Shown: positions 1 through 14,800 of the stretch, one piece after another
Layout: every line of letters begins with the position of its first letter
How positions within the stretch are numbered: the first letter of the stretch is position 1
Source: Lytechinus pictus
Lineage: Eukaryota
Length of the DNA stretch: 64,000 nt
Reading direction: 5' to 3'
Assembly: GCF_037042905.1 (NCBI RefSeq)
Contig: NC_087250.1
Span: forward strand, 9,302,001 to 9,366,000
The notes under the pieces: model-generated
Database searches by the model: none
Seen by the model: only the letters and a program-made list of their open reading frames with translations
Told to the model about the DNA's origin: nothing
Program-made: the position numbers and the translations under genes

Positions 1-2246
1 CTGTGTATTTCCTAAAGGATGCATCGTAAACAACATCACCATAATCAAAGTAGGGGAGGATCAATGAACTATATATTAATTTCAGGATCGATTCACTTAA
101 GGATCGCCGCAATCTTCCCAGAAAGCCGACTAATTGACCTATTTTTTGCAACATGTTGTCTATATGCAAGTTAAAATTCAAATAATCATCAACTATGATG
201 CCTAGGTATTTGACATGATGAACTTGTTCTAATGGGGTATTATTTAAGGAAACATGAAGGACATTTTGTTTAGAAATCATATTCTTGCTTCCGATGAGCA
301 TACAGACCGTTTTTTGACAGTTAACACTTAACTTATTCTGGCACATCCATTGGTACATATTTTCTAAATCTGAGTTTAGGGCCTCGTTGATTCTATCTAT
401 GGAGGGGTGTGAAAAATACAAAACGGTGTCATCCGCATACAATTGGATATGACATGTATTAATACATTTCACTAGATCATTGACATATAATATAAAGAGC
501 AGTGGCCCCAGGAGTGATCCCTGGGGCACACCGCAGTTAATAACTGATTCATAAGAGAGTTCCGAATTGATAAGAGTCCTACAAACCCGGTTTGACATGT
601 AACTTCGAAACCATAAGGATGGTGTGCCAGAAATACCTAAGTTATTCATTTTTTTTCAAAAGAATATCACAGTTCACGGTGTCAAATGCTTTTTTTAAAT
701 CGACGAAGACGGCCCCAATGTAATGTTTAAGATCGATTGAGTGAAACCAGTCATTGGTTACCTTTAGGAAAGTGGTAATGGTTGAGTGCCTTGGCCGAAA
801 ACCGGATTGGGCAGGTGTCAGAATATCATTATTTCGCAAAAAATCTAAAACTTGCCGTTGGACAACCCTTTCCAGTATTTTAGATACGCAGGGCAAAATT
901 GAGATGGGCCTATAATTCGAAGGAGAATTTTTATCGCCACCTTTGTGAATTGGGATAATCTTAGCTTGTTTCCATTGTTGCGGAAATATACCACTTGACA
1001 AAGATAAATTAATCAACTTAGCAATACTCATTGATATCTCCATAGAGCATGCCTTCAAGACAAAGACAGATATCTTATCAACACCGACAGACTTAGTGTT
1101 TTTAAGATTTCTTATGATTTTCAAAACATCATGTTCGTTCACCTGAGTGAATGCAAAAGTCTCATTTGTATAATTACCATCTTCTGTATGGAGGTTCATA
1201 TCGGGTATTTCACTGGCTAATTGTCTCCCTACATTTGCAAAGTAAGTGTTGAATAGGTTAGCAGTTTCAGTATTACAATCCGAATTAGACGAAACTGTGA
1301 GATTTTCACGTTTTTTATTCGGAATAATGGACTTTAAGGTTTTCCAAGTCTGTTTTGGGTTTACCTTAAGATTTGTAAATTTATCAGAGTAATACCGTTT
1401 CTTTGATTTCCTTACTTCATTTGTTACCTTATTTCGTAATATTCTGTACTCGCACATAAGTTTATCATCTTTCAGTTTGCAAGCTTTTCTTTTAAGTTTG
1501 TCACGTTTTTTCATGAGTTTACAAATATTTGCATTCATCCAAGGAGAACCCTTTGTACTTATTCTTTTTGAACGATTTGGCATGTGTTTGTCAACAACTT
1601 GTAAAAACATATTTTGCCATAAATCGACAGCATCATCAACTGAATTACATTGATCTATACTTTCCCAATTCTAGTTACGAATATCATTTCTAAAGTCATC
1701 AATATTGAGCTTGCTGCAACTTCTGAAAGTGATAAATTTTGGCTGAGCACAAATCTTAGAGTTCCAGGTCAGGAAGCTAATCGAATGGTCACTCATTCCG
1801 TTATGAATTACACCATGATTCACTACGTTTTTGGTGTTGTTTGTTAATAGATGATCAATCAATGTAGCAGAAATATTAGTGATTCTTGTTGCTTCTTTGG
1901 TATTAACTTGGACCAGAGAATAAACATTATTTATATCAATATATTTCTTGGTCATGCTTGATAAGGGTTTAGCTAGGATATCACAGTTTACGTCACCTGC
2001 TATAACTATATCACAATTCATTGTGCCAATAACGCTTAGAAATCTTTCATACAAATTAAAGATTCCAATATCTGAGGATGGTGGTCTATACCAAGTTGAT
2101 ACGATGAGAGGTTTTGAAAACTTGAGATAAATCTTAATAACAAGTGCTTCTAAATCATCAAGGAATTCATGAATCATTTTTTCAAAATGTAATGATTTGT
2201 GGAGATAAATGGCTACTCCACCACCCTGTCGAACTCTGTCTTTAAT
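1..2246 (-). mobile_element. CR1/L2-group LINE ORF2 (partial endonuclease plus reverse transcriptase), 5'-truncated, disrupted, runs off the window edge
   Basis: APE-type endonuclease motifs (DRVRQGGGVAIY near 2205-2246, YRPP, GDVN, IDH, SDH). RT motifs NYRPISILP, QSGFRP, DLKKAFDTV, then CGVPQGSLLGP (~504-535) and LYADDT (~426-443). One in-frame TAG at 1671-1673 and a +1 indel in the T8 run at 649-656. Confidence 0.93.
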
Positions 2247-3402
2247 CAGCTGTAGGTATGAGCTGATTTTCTCCTATTCTGCACTAACTGCAGATCCGAT
2301 GTGTTATTTTATGAAGCTAATAAACTGGAATTATTCCATGGACCATTTTTTAATCCTCTACAGTACAAAATACTTTACTCTGTAGTGCTACAAAGTATGA
2401 CAAATTATGACCCCGAGTAAGAATAAATGGTAGAGTGGTTTGGATTTTTTTCCTCACAGAGATACAAAGTTTTTGGGGTGTTTAAAAAAGAAATTCTCTA
2501 ATAAAAGTGCTGTTAGTTTGAAAACAAGCACATGAACCCATGTTTAAATGTTTGCACCTCTTAGGTATACCTTCCTCTCCAACTTTGCAAAGTTTAGTGA
2601 AAATGACATGGGTTTTGAATAAAGTGCAGGTATTTCTAAAGTCTGTTATTGAAAGTTCATATTTTTGAGGTTTTTGTTATCTTTCGCGCAACTTCTAAGA
2701 ACTGGGAGTGCTGTTAGACTTAAAAGAGGTAACAATTGATAGCAATATAAATAGATTATCCATCTTGAGGATATAATTACTAATTATATTGCGAAAGTTG
2801 AAGAAATTTTCATGGATTTTGACTGAGTGATATAGATCTTTAAATTCATTGTGATCTCGTGAGGCCACATTCTTTTGAATGCGCAGTTCTTAAGAACATC
2901 CATTTGGGTTAATTTTGAAGCTCAATAGCCAAATATCAAGCACATGGACCGTGTTTATTTCTGCATATTTGGAATATTTAGGTGCTTAAGTATCTATGTG
3001 CAAAGTATGATAAAAATTATAAGGATTTTTAATGTTGGGAGCAAGACTACGGAACCATTTGCATTTTAGACGGTATTAACAGACTTTTGCTTATTTTCGG
3101 CGCATTTTGGGCTGTTTCAAGCCAACTCGCAATAATTTGGACACTAATAATTTGAAAACGAGCACATGGACCCCATACGTTAAATGTTATAACGCCATCA
3201 GAATAAATTCCTCAACAAATCTAGAGAGTATTATGAAAATTATATGGGTTTTGGTTGTTTGGGAGCAGAACTAAGGAACCATTCGTATTTTAGACATTTT
3301 TGACGGTATAGACTTTTGCCCGTTTAAGCACATTTTATACTGTTTGAAGCCAACTCGCAACACTTTGGACCCGGCTAATATGAGGTTACGGAAGACAGTG
3401 TG
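2247..3402. repeat. Probable end of a non-autonomous DNA transposon with diverged ~200-220 bp subterminal repeats
   Basis: AGCACATG(G/A)ACC motif recurs at ~2527, 2939 and 3161. 3020-3160 aligns with 3240-3380. Ends in ...GAAGACAGTGTG (CAC-type terminus on the minus strand). Confidence 0.45.
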
Positions 3403-3636
3403 ATCCCCCCCCCCCAAAAAAAAAAAAAAAAAAAAAAAAAATTATAATAATAATAATAAAATAAATAAATAAATAAAAATAAAAATAAAAAAATTAATTA
3501 ATTAAAAAAAAAAATAAAAGACTACTTAAGAGGCTTTCTTTTCATTTTTTTCTAGTTTCTGTATATCCCTTTTCCTACTTGTATGTATCCAAACAATTAA
3601 ATTAAATAAAAGTGCATTTTCCACCAATGACTTATA

Positions 3637-3840
3637 CACTGCAAAAACGTCGGTGTTGATTTAACACCAGCCCGGAATCTTTATATGTATATCCACACCA
3701 GAGAAGTATTAAAACAACACCAGTTTGGAATCAAACCGATGCTGTTTTTATACTAATTGGTGTTGTATTAACATCTTTCTGGTGTTAAACCAAAACGAAA
3801 CAGGTGTTGTTAAACACTTCTCTGGTGTGGACATATATAG
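3637..3840. mobile_element. CACTA/EnSpm-like palindromic MITE, right end missing
   Basis: Starts CACTGCAAAAA. Internal inverted repeat ccacaccagagaagt / acttctctggtgtgg. Same family as 60592-60800. Confidence 0.75.
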
Positions 3841-4699
3841 TGGTTAACACCGGCGCATAATACATGGGCCGTGGCGAGACCAAAGTGCGCTAAAAGTCAT
3901 TTTGGTAAATTTGAGAATTTTATTTATTTTCATGCCCAGTTGAAAGACACTTTGAAGAACACTTCTGTGAAATATTTCATCCCAATTCAATTCAGTTCAA
4001 TATTGGTTTATTGAAACATGCTTGGCAGCCAAATACTGAATATTAACACCTGTACAGTTCACAGAATAATACTTTAAGTACAAACATGAAATTATATAAA
4101 TTGAATAAATTAGTACATCTTATTATAATACAAGGATATAAATTTTTGAAAATAAAATAAAATCATACATTGTATTGAACATTATAAGTATTAAGTACGA
4201 TAACCACCACAATGAATGTTAGAAAAGAAGAGATGGGAAGGATATAAAGGGAGACATACAGAGATAAGGTGAGTAAAGCGAAAGGGTAATTAAAAGGAGA
4301 TATAGATAGAAAGTACAGAGGACAAATTGGGCCAGAAAGCTGAAGGAAGTAGTGGCAAAGATTGAAAGAAAAAAAATGAGGAATGTGCATCAAGGTTGTC
4401 AATTTCCTATTTCAAATAGCAAAATGTGACATTTCGCGAGTTTTCGCAAAAATGATGACCGAGTTGTCAAAAAAGAGTCATTTCACGAGAGGTTCTTTCA
4501 TGGGTCTGAAATTGCTACAACCGTACGCAATCAAGTCGTTCGGCTCGCGCGTTCACTCGGGTATCGCCAGTTATCTTCGTAGGCCGTTAGTCTCGTTTCA
4601 GCCACCACCTGACTAGGATAGAGCCAAGTCGCGAGGGCCTTGACAACAGCTAGCCCCCCGTATACATCCGAGACAAAAATAACAATGTTTACACCATAT

Positions 4700-5045
4700 C
4701 AGTGGCGTACCAAGGATTTTTTTCAAAGGGGGGGGGGGCAAATTCGTCCGCCAAAAAATTTGACAAGCCAAAAAAAAGGTCTTCAAACCACAAATAAAGG
4801 ATTTCGTACCGGAAAAAAAAATTGACAAGCAAAAAAAAGTTCTTCAACCACAATTAAAATATTTCGTACGAGAAAAAAAAATTGACAAGCCCCCCAAAAA
4901 ATGTTTTAACGCAAATAAAGGACATTTCGCACCAAATAAAAAAAAATAAAAAAAATAAAAATAAAACTCTTAGACCGCAAATAAAGGAAATTTTTGGCTC
5001 GTCAGGGATCAGTTGTGACTCGCCCCCGACTTAAGTACGCTAGTG
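4700..5045 (+). mobile_element. hAT-like MITE (CAGTGGCGTAC...GTACGCTAGTG)
   Basis: 8-bp TSD CACCATAT at 4692-4699 and 5046-5053. Internal ~60 bp repeats containing aaatttgacaagc. Inverted copy at 43763-44011. Confidence 0.88.
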
Positions 5046-5837
5046 CACCATATGATGAAATTTCCAGTGTCATGCTTGCTTGTTTCTAAAAGAAAATGTT
5101 CATGCTTCATGCTTAAATAGTAAACTCCCACCCCTTAGCCGTCAATACGTCGCCAAAGAAAAAAAAATGAATTTTGAGAATTGAATTGATCTTGAAAAGG
5201 CACATCAACTTTTAATAACTTGTACAAGTGTTATCGACAATAAACAACACAATTCTTTCATGAATATATAATAAATAAAAGAGAGAATTTCAATACAGTA
5301 TATAAGGAGACAGCATGGTTTGCAATCTTGATGAAACTTTCCAACAATCTTTAAAAAAAATTGGTTCCATAAAAACTCTTTTATCTCATGTCTCAGTTAA
5401 CTTTTAAAGTTCATAGTTTAAAGGTATGAAAAAGAACAATTATTATTTTAGACAAGTCAATTCTCTTTATTTTTTTCCTTCAAAGACCAATTTACTTTTT
5501 TCTTGCATATCCTGGCGACTTATTGTTTTTTTATGGTGGCAGGTTACGTTTGATTGATTGATTTATTTATTTATTTATTGATATTTATTTAATTTTCATA
5601 CAAAAATATTAACACTATTATTAGAATATGGATGAAAAACCTTCGGGAAAGCCTGATATATATTTGCAAAATAAAAGTTTTCACGAAAAATATATTATTC
5701 AAAATATATTATTTAGAACATACACATATTATACATAAGAAGAATTGTATGAGAAATTGCATTCATTCATTTACTTGTTTTGTTGTAAGGATATTCCGGA
5801 TTGTCTCAATAAAGTTTTGTTGTGTAGGCATATTTAA

Positions 5838-6436
5838 AGGACAAGTCCATCCCGACATAAAAGTGATTGGAATAAAAGCATAAAAATTCAACAAGCATAA
5901 CACTGAAAATTTCATCAAAATCGGATGTAAAATAAGAAAGTTATGGCATTTTGAAAATTTGCTTAATTTCACACAACAGTTACATGCACATCCTGGTTGG
6001 TATGCAAATGAGGTGACAGATGACATCACACACTCACTATTTCTTTTGTATTCTATTATATGAAATGTGAAATATTCTTATTTTCTCCCCCTTGTCATGT
6101 GAAATCAAGTTTTATTCCTCCCTGAACATGTGGAATTATCATTCGTCTAACATTTTGTGGTTCAGTCATGTTTTACATTTTTGTCGATTCTGTAAAAATA
6201 TAAATATTGTATAATGTAAACAATAAAAAAACAAAAGAAATAGTGATGGACATCATCGACTCTCTAATTTGCATATCACTGAGTTGTGCATATAACTGTT
6301 TAAAGAAAAATAAGCGAAACTTAAAAATGTCATAACTTACTTATTTTCATCCGATTTTGATGAATTTTTCAGCGTTGTGCTTGTTAAATTCTTCTATATT
6401 TATTCAAATCAGCATTTTCTGGGGTGGACTTTACCT
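5838..6436. mobile_element. Kolobok-like MITE, family 1
   Basis: TTAA flanks at 5834-5837 and 6437-6440, termini AGGACAAGTCC / GGACTTTACCT, long imperfect TIRs. Second copy at 47757-48335. Confidence 0.85.
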
Positions 6437-7529
6437 TTAATGGGACAGAGTAATGCTTGGTATTTTGTAAAAATGACCTTGTGTTGACTCCTGAAGACAA
6501 TAGGGGTTGCTGGTAAAAAAAGGGGGAATAGAATGGGGTATGTTGTTTACATTGTTAATTTCACTGAGGTCATTCAAGAGTCTTTTAGGACATGTAGAAT
6601 TGGACTGCTCAAAGAAGAAGCAGGATTTTTTTTCTTAAGACAGTACTATTAGCTTTCAGTATATTGGAAGTATATATGAAAAAGGCTGGCAGTTTCTTCA
6701 AGGAGATCAGAACTCGGAGTCTCAAGCCAGTTTTTTTTTATTATATGTTTTATTAGGAAATCAATATCAAATCACAAAATTTACAATTTGTCTGATTGGC
6801 AACAGATACAAAAGTTACAACATCAACAAATACTGAACGAGCAGCAGATTTACATATAAAATAAACGAATAGAAGGCCATAAATATTATGAAGAATAAAT
6901 ACATACTAACAGTGATTGCATAGTAGACAAGCATAACCGTATAACAATAGTAGGCAAAGTATTATTGAGACTGGTATATAATCTCAACTATCGAAAGTTG
7001 CGTAAGTCTTTAACAAGGGAGATAAAGACGATGAACAAGATGTATGCCAAATGCACAAAGTAAAGAACAAATAAATATATGTGTATAAATACATATAAAA
7101 AATTAAGGAATACACAGAATATGGGTGAAACCCCATTTCTTAAAGTGAATTGGCAATATATTTCACTTTTTTTTGGCTGACATATAGTCAATCTCCCTTT
7201 GTTTTATGTCAGTGCATAGTTCACCTCTGTTGGAATACAACATTAACTTCCGTGGAGTTGCTTCCACATCATCAATGAACTGTTTGCAGTTATTTTGAGA
7301 GATGAATCCTCAGTTCTTATCAAGATCATCAACTACTCTGCTGTACAAACCTTTCATTCGAGTTAAGGGTCTGAATGTGCAGCCTACTCGTGTCTTGTGC
7401 ACTGAAGGCCCTCTCACTCAGAAATCTATTTAAAACGACAAGTTTTGTGTGTGTGCTAGACTTTGCGTGGAGACACACTTGTTGATCAAAGTTTCAATCA
7501 GGGTCTGTCCCTGCAGAGTAATCATCAAC

Positions 7530-7692
7530 CAGGGGAGCGTTTCATGAAAGGACTTGTCAGACGTTTTATCCGACAAGTCCCATTTTATCCGACAGTTACC
7601 ATAGTAACAGTACCTCTCAGCCAATCAACATCAGAGAAAGATGTCAGATCTGACAACTTGTCGGATGAAAATGTTGATGAAACACTCCCCTG
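7530..7692. mobile_element. Short MITE (CAGGGGAGCGTTTCAT...ATGAAACACTCCCCTG)
   Basis: Terminal inverted repeats. Second copy at ~14858-15007. Confidence 0.8.
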
Positions 7693-8770
7693 TTCTCGAG
7701 ACCAATCTTTAACTCATGGATTGCTGAAATCGACTGTTTTACATCATCAACTCTGTCTTCATGGACAATTTATCTCACTACATTGACTTTAACAATTTAG
7801 ATTTAGATTTATTGATTTTCCGTTCACAAAGCACAACAAAATCAAAATAACAATACATAGTCAAATTTAAAGTACAATATCAATCGGAAGAATGCATAAC
7901 AATTAGAAGTTATAAACAATGAGAACTGATGAGAACTAAAGTAACTTTGACTAATAACTATATAAAACAGAACGGTGGGGATTGCCAAGAAAAGCAAAGC
8001 TTGTATGGGAGGCAAGCCCCTGTAACTTAGTTTCAATACCTAACTTAGAGACAACATTACAAAACTATAGTATAAAGGAGAGACGGAAGACAGTTTAAAA
8101 GGAGGCTATACAAAATATTGAAGGTAACAACGAAAGAGTGACACAAATTAGAATAAATGATGATAGTAATAATAAAAAAAAAATACAAAATAATAATATG
8201 GTTACAATCATCAATCAATTGTCAACATCACCTTTCCAATCGCTAGAATTGTGGAATTTAGCATAAGTAATCGTTGCTGGCCAATGTTTGATAATTATTT
8301 GGACTTAATACAGGATTACATAATACTACGAATAACAACATAACTGACTCTTCAAGACATGTATGAAAATTTGTTGTTTTTCTTTTGCTCCAATTCTTGT
8401 AATAAAAAAGGATATAACCTAATTACATTCACTAATAAATATTTGATACAGTTCTTCTTCTACCGTGGCATAGATTATACATTACAATTTTAAAGGGATT
8501 TAAAAAGAGCAAAAAAAATTATGATAACAATAAATGGGTGGGTGGGTTGTCATTAATAGTTTAAATAGGCCCAATAACAAAAATAAGAAGTGTTGGATTC
8601 TATTAAACGTGCCATTAGTGAGATTTTTGTTCCGAATTATTGGCAATGTGGCGAGATGATTTTTTAGTTTCCACTAATGAAATAACTACAGAGTCTAGTT
8701 TTATGAGAATGAATTTGATTATTAATTGAGGATATCGATAATGTATCATCAATATTATGGTTAATTCATC

Positions 8771-9012
8771 CAGTGGCGTAAGAAGCTAGATGTGTATCGG
8801 CATGATCGGGCAAAATTTATCAAAACGTTGCGAGCGAGCAAAAATGTCTACATTTTTATTACAAATAGGCCTACCAAATTTTGTGATAGATTTTGACATA
8901 AGAAGAATTATAATATTTCATCCTTTTTCATTTTTTTTTCTTGGTGTTTTTTTTTTTTTTTGGGGGGGGGGGTGGGGGGAACTGCCCCAAGTCCCCTATG
9001 TGTACGCCACTG
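8771..9012. mobile_element. hAT-like MITE
   Basis: TIR CAGTGGCGTA / TACGCCACTG. Perfect 8-bp TSD AATTCATC at 8763-8770 and 9013-9020. Confidence 0.88.
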
Positions 9013-9031
9013 AATTCATCCATCATTTATA

Positions 9032-11713
9032 CTAATAGTCGATGACAAGTGGCTGATTGGGAGCTAACCGTAACTGTGAACATAAAGAGAGAGAGAAAAA
9101 AAAGGTCCAAAATAAATCAGTATGGCATGATAACATTTTATACATAATTTCTCCTCTTTCTACTACCTGATCCTCATAAATTGATTAATCAATTTGATGG
9201 TACACTCAAAGTTAATCTTCAGGATCAAATAACCCATTTTTGCATGACCATATTTATCATTAACTGATGATTCAGAACATAAAATTTAGGATATTTAGAG
9301 GTCTTTGACCTTAAAGTCATTGACCTCTAAATGTCAGCAGAAGTCAAAACTGACGTAAACTGTACATCTCAATTTAAAAACGAAGCCTTTGGTTAGGTAT
9401 AAGACTGGTGAAAATTTAACGCTTTGATACTAATTCTTAAAAGGGTTATAATCACACCAGTGTTAGTAGTTTTGTATTATCAATCATGAAAAAGATCTCA
9501 TGATGACAGCCATTTTGGATATATGCAAGTTAGAGGTCTTTCTACCACTCGGATTTTTCTGGACTTTTAGTATGTCATTTTGTAGACCTCATGAAAATGC
9601 ATGGCGGTAAAAATTAAATAAAAATATTGCAATTTGTTTAAGGGAAAACCTTATTTTCCTGGACTATGAAGCCTAAAGGAAAATCCATCAAAGATTCATA
9701 AAGTTTTTAATATTTCAATATTTTAATTAGTGACGTGATAGACGGGCAACTGCCCATATGTTATGAGATAAAAAAGGTATACATTTCATTTGTTTATGGG
9801 CCACGATGACAATTTTTTTTCTGTCAGGAGCAGGGGTAAAATGATTTTCCATTTGTTGTAATGAAGGTACGGTAAACTTTATTTTCAATTTTGGAGAAAA
9901 TTACATTTCATTGATCTTTTAAATCCATGCATATAAAGCTGCAATTGACGTCACAAATAAAAAAAAAACTACTCATAACATTGATGGGTTTCTTCAAACC
10001 TTTACCAATATATTTTACTATTGTTCATCTGTTTTTACATTATACTCTTCTGGCACGGTGAACTGGCTCTTTGAAGTAAAATTATGATTATTAAGTAGCC
10101 GAACTATACCGGTAGAAAAAAATAGATTTATCGGAGAAGTATATCTTTCCTCCTTGCGTTTTGATTTTTTTTTTTGGGGGGGGGGTGATATTCCATTGAC
10201 ACTACAATTCTCCTATTCGTATGTTCTATACAGTTTGTCCTCATCTGATATACACTATTCTTTTTTTAATGTAATAGTTGCGTCATTCAATTTTCGTATG
10301 AAAAATTACGAGTTGTGTGTACCCCGGGAAGTGATTAATATTACACAAGCGTGGTTTCCTTCTGGTTTTCTCTTCTTTCGTGCTGTCACTTAGCCTTGCA
10401 CTAGTTGCTTTCAATGTTTGTAATTATTTTAATGCACATCATATATCATTATTATTACGTCATTATTTTAGCTGTATTATGTTTACTTGTATAACAGTCG
10501 CCATTTTACCGGCATGACTTACCCATTGAGACGCTATTCTGTTACTGGGGGAGGACATGCCCTTGCAGCAGTAGATAGACCCGGCCAGAGCAGTGAAGAA
10601 ACCGATAATACTCAAAAAAGCCGAGACACAATTAGGGATGAAGAAATACTGCAAATGCAAATTAATAATGGTAATTGCAACAACATCATTAACTACAACA
10701 TTGATGATAGCAATAATGATGAGTTTTTACTGCTGATAAGATTGCCCATCTCACATGTACATGGAATGTTGTTTGTCTTGTTAACTGTTCAAAGCATTGA
10801 ATCATTTTTTTTTGGGGGGGGGGCGGGGTCAGACATGGCGTTTATGGCCGAATTTTATGAAAAATCTGCGAGAAAAAAAATTAATTTTGTGAAAGATTCT
10901 TTAGTAATATTCAGAAGATCATGTAAAATTTCTCCCCTTTTCATTTACTTCTTTTACTTTTCCTTCATTATTTTATTTTCTTGGTCGTGATTTGTTTTAT
11001 TTATCTACTTATTTTATTTTATTTTTCATTTTATTTTATTAATTTATTTTTCTTTTTTATGTCTCCTCTTTGATTTATTTCATCATTTGTATTATATTTA
11101 AGTTTATTTTGTTTCTTTTTTCTTTTTTTCTTTTATTTATTATTTTTTTCTTTTATTTTTCCCTTTTCTTGTTATTTATTTTCATCTTTTACTAGGGGAT
11201 CAGGGTGGTCCATCTGTACGCCCGCAATGGAAAGTTCATACCTCTTATTTATCATGTTTATAAGTACAGTCACAACAACGAAACTGACTCCAAACCGAAC
11301 GATATTATGTCATTGGAATTTGTTCAGTCTGGTTTTCGACTAGATCAGTGTGAGTTTTGCATTATTCGTCAAATGAGGGCCGTTGTACCACTGGCAGTGG
11401 ACTTAGTAAACATAGGAAATTGTTTTATCAAATATTTGCAGATATCATAGCTATAATCATTATTAGTAGGCCCTAGTATCATGAGTATTATTTTCCATTA
11501 TTATCGTTTCTAGTTTATAGCAATAGTAGTACTCGTAGTTTTAGTAGTAGTAATACAAATAGTAGTACTAGTATTAATATAGTAGTCGTACATGTAGTAG
11601 TATCGTGGTTTTAGTAGAAGTAGCCATAGTAGTAGTATGATTAGTAGTAGCAGAAGCATAATTACATGTATAGTAAAAATAATAGTAGTAATACCTGTAG
11701 TAGTAGTAGTAGT

Positions 11714-11744
<31 letters not shown>

Positions 11745-11745
11745 T

Positions 11746-11799
<54 letters not shown>

Positions 11800-11803
11800 G
11801 AGT

Positions 11804-11839
<36 letters not shown>

Positions 11840-14800
11840 TAGTAGTAGCAGTAGTATCATATAGGACCCAATGAAATAGAATTTACCAAACACACTGCAT
11901 AACACTGCCGCAAATCTGTCTCTATGTCTACAAACCAGTAGATGCAGTAGAAGAAGTACCCGCAAGCTGATAAACTTCCCACCATTGACAAGATACACGT
12001 TATCAGGAAGAACACAATCTGAAATAGCGAGAAAAAAAATATACCAGGTTCTCTGTGGTATATCTTGAACTTGTTCGACTTTAGGCATGTTAGGAACACA
12101 GTGGCCCGTATTCTGAAGTCGGGTTTAATCTAAACTCAGGTTTAAAGTTATGGATTAAGTATGAGAAGCCAAAAATATAAAAAAAAAATATTAAGTTGTA
12201 TGTTTCTTATGTTTACTGTGCTCTTTCCTGATGCATCGATGGTGAAGACAATAATCTTTTCATATTTCCTAGACAATTATGAATGATTTGAGAGCCAAAT
12301 GAGCTGAAGTATGATATCTCTACTGTTAGTGATTTATGTAACAATTGGCTGTCCATACTTAAACCACAACTTTAAAGCTGAGTTTAAGTTAAACCCAACT
12401 TCAGAATACGGGCCAGTAAGAAGATCGGTTTGCTGGTGTTTGTATCCATCTCCTGCTCATGAACTGGTAAGTACAATACTTTAAAGGAGAAATAGATTGA
12501 TTATGAATATGGTCTTATTATATATATCAATGGAAAGGTAATCAAATATTTGAGATAAATTAAAATAAGACTCAAACTGAAAGATCAACCAGCTAGCTAG
12601 AATGTTAACAAGAGCTGCACGTCCCAGCTAAATGGTTAATCTGTTAGGTTTACGTCTCATGTTACGTCTCATGTGGAAAAATAATGCTTTTGACAACTCT
12701 ATATCTCGAGGCATGATAAAATATGTGTTTTACATATAATTTGCATACAATTTGTATAAATTTACATTGAAGATTTATTCATACTCACCAATTCTCAAAA
12801 ATCGACCTACAAGTAAATATTAAGTAAAATAAGACCCAAATAAAAAAAAAGGCCTTTAAACATTATTCAGAGTGAGATATGGTGAATTATTATATTATTT
12901 TTAGCTTATTTTGGATTTTAATTATGAAATAAGAATGATATTTTTGTGTAGATAGACTGTTTAACCACAGCACATGTATACACTCATACTATACATCATA
13001 AGATGGTAAAATGGTCTATCTTCGAGATAGACCATTTTACCATCTTACCCCAATGCACAACATTCTTCAGCGATTTTCGAGATAGACCGTTTTACCATCT
13101 GACGGCCGTTTGACGTGGCGGTAAACTGGTCCAACTTGAAGATACACCATTTTACCATCAAATCTGAAGGAAAAATACAAAAAAGTACCAAGATAGCGGA
13201 AATTATTTATAAATCAAGACATGATGGGATTTTCTCGATAACACCATTGGAAAGAGCGCCCTCACATTACAAGGAAAGTGAATTTACATCAAAAAGTCAA
13301 ATTTTCGAGTTAGACCGCTTTACCATCTGACGGCCGTGCCAGACAGGATTTCAGAAAATCATATCGTCATGTCTACAACTCTTAAAGATGGCAAGGTCTC
13401 GGATCTCTTCATGTCTGCATCCCATGGGAGAGATAGTCAGATGGCATTCCACCAAACAGGTTTCCACTAAACTAGCTTTAGGACTGTAATAAAAACGGGG
13501 AGTTGCACCACAAATTATCATCCCAACACAAATTTTCACCCCTCACAACTGGGCGAGAATTCGTGCGAAAACTGACACCACAAATTATCACCCCTGCTCA
13601 AATTGTCGCCTAAGTTTTGACGACATTTTGTGGAGGAGGGGACACCACAAATTGTCGCCCATATCACTTAACTTACTGTCTCCATGAACACACACACACA
13701 GAATAGGTCATGTAGACTTCGTAAGAAACCATGTTTCTCTGGGTGTGAGGGTATGTGTATGTGTGTTAATTAACAACACATCAGTGAAACTGACAGTCAC
13801 TGTGGTATCTCACGTTTGTGACGGATTTTGGACTACTTTAAAACGGGTTTGAGACGATTTTGAAACTACCTTTTGGTCTATGTAGCATTTCACCTATGCA
13901 CACTTCGTTTACCGTCCATTTGAGCTATCACCACTTGGTCGCTCTCAGTAACAAACTGGTAATAGACTAAATATTCATTTGGGCATTACACGAAAATGCA
14001 ATTTGACCATTTGGCTATTAGAGGAATTGGTCAAATTAGACCAAATCATTAGCAGACCAAAATGGTTCAGCCCATGTGCTATTAGACAAACAGAGAATGT
14101 TGGACCAAGTGGATAAAAGCTGAATTTTCCACGGGCTTTGCTGCTGTTCTCTGTATTAGCCTCCCGCCCTCCCCCAAAGGTAAATTTCCAGTTGGTCTAA
14201 ACCCGATTTGACTAATGGCTGTTTAGCTTTATCCTATAAACGGTCTATTTCCATTTCATCTACAACCAGTTTACCTCTTGGTCTAATTGTCGTTTTGCCT
14301 ATTTACCATTCCGTCTAATTTACATTTGGTCTACATGCAATTTTTATTTGCTCTAATATCTAATTGGTCTAATACCACTTGGTCAAATTCTGTAACAGAC
14401 TGGAAATATTCATTTGGGATTTAGACGAAAAGTTGATTAGACCATTTGGCTATTCGACGATTCTGCAATTTTACCGAGTGGTCATGAGACCAAGCAAGAA
14501 TTCGACCAAGTCCTATGCATCAGATCAAGTGGAAGTTACTTGAGCAAATGAGTTTAGCTCATATGGTATAAGGTATGGTAGAGGTGTTATGGATAAGTCT
14601 CTGGAATTGCACAGCAAGGTCCGGGGTTCAAAATCCACCTTACCACTAGCGTCCTTTGGCAAGGCGTTTATCTACATTTGCCAGTCTTCACCCAGGTGTA
14701 GTAAATGGACACCCGGTAGGAAATAATTCCTTGAATGCTCGAGTGCCCCGATCAGGATAGCCATGCTAAAGCCAGGGTAATAGTATTCAGTGCTAAGAAA

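Noticed and set aside
11510..12088. 192 aa ORF with poly-Thr/Tyr/Leu
   Set aside because: Mostly translated microsatellite. The real exon (11887-12018) is in another frame.
12415..12474. Plus-strand exon ending in a GTAAGT donor, antisense to gene A
   Set aside because: No convincing acceptor, reading frame or homology.
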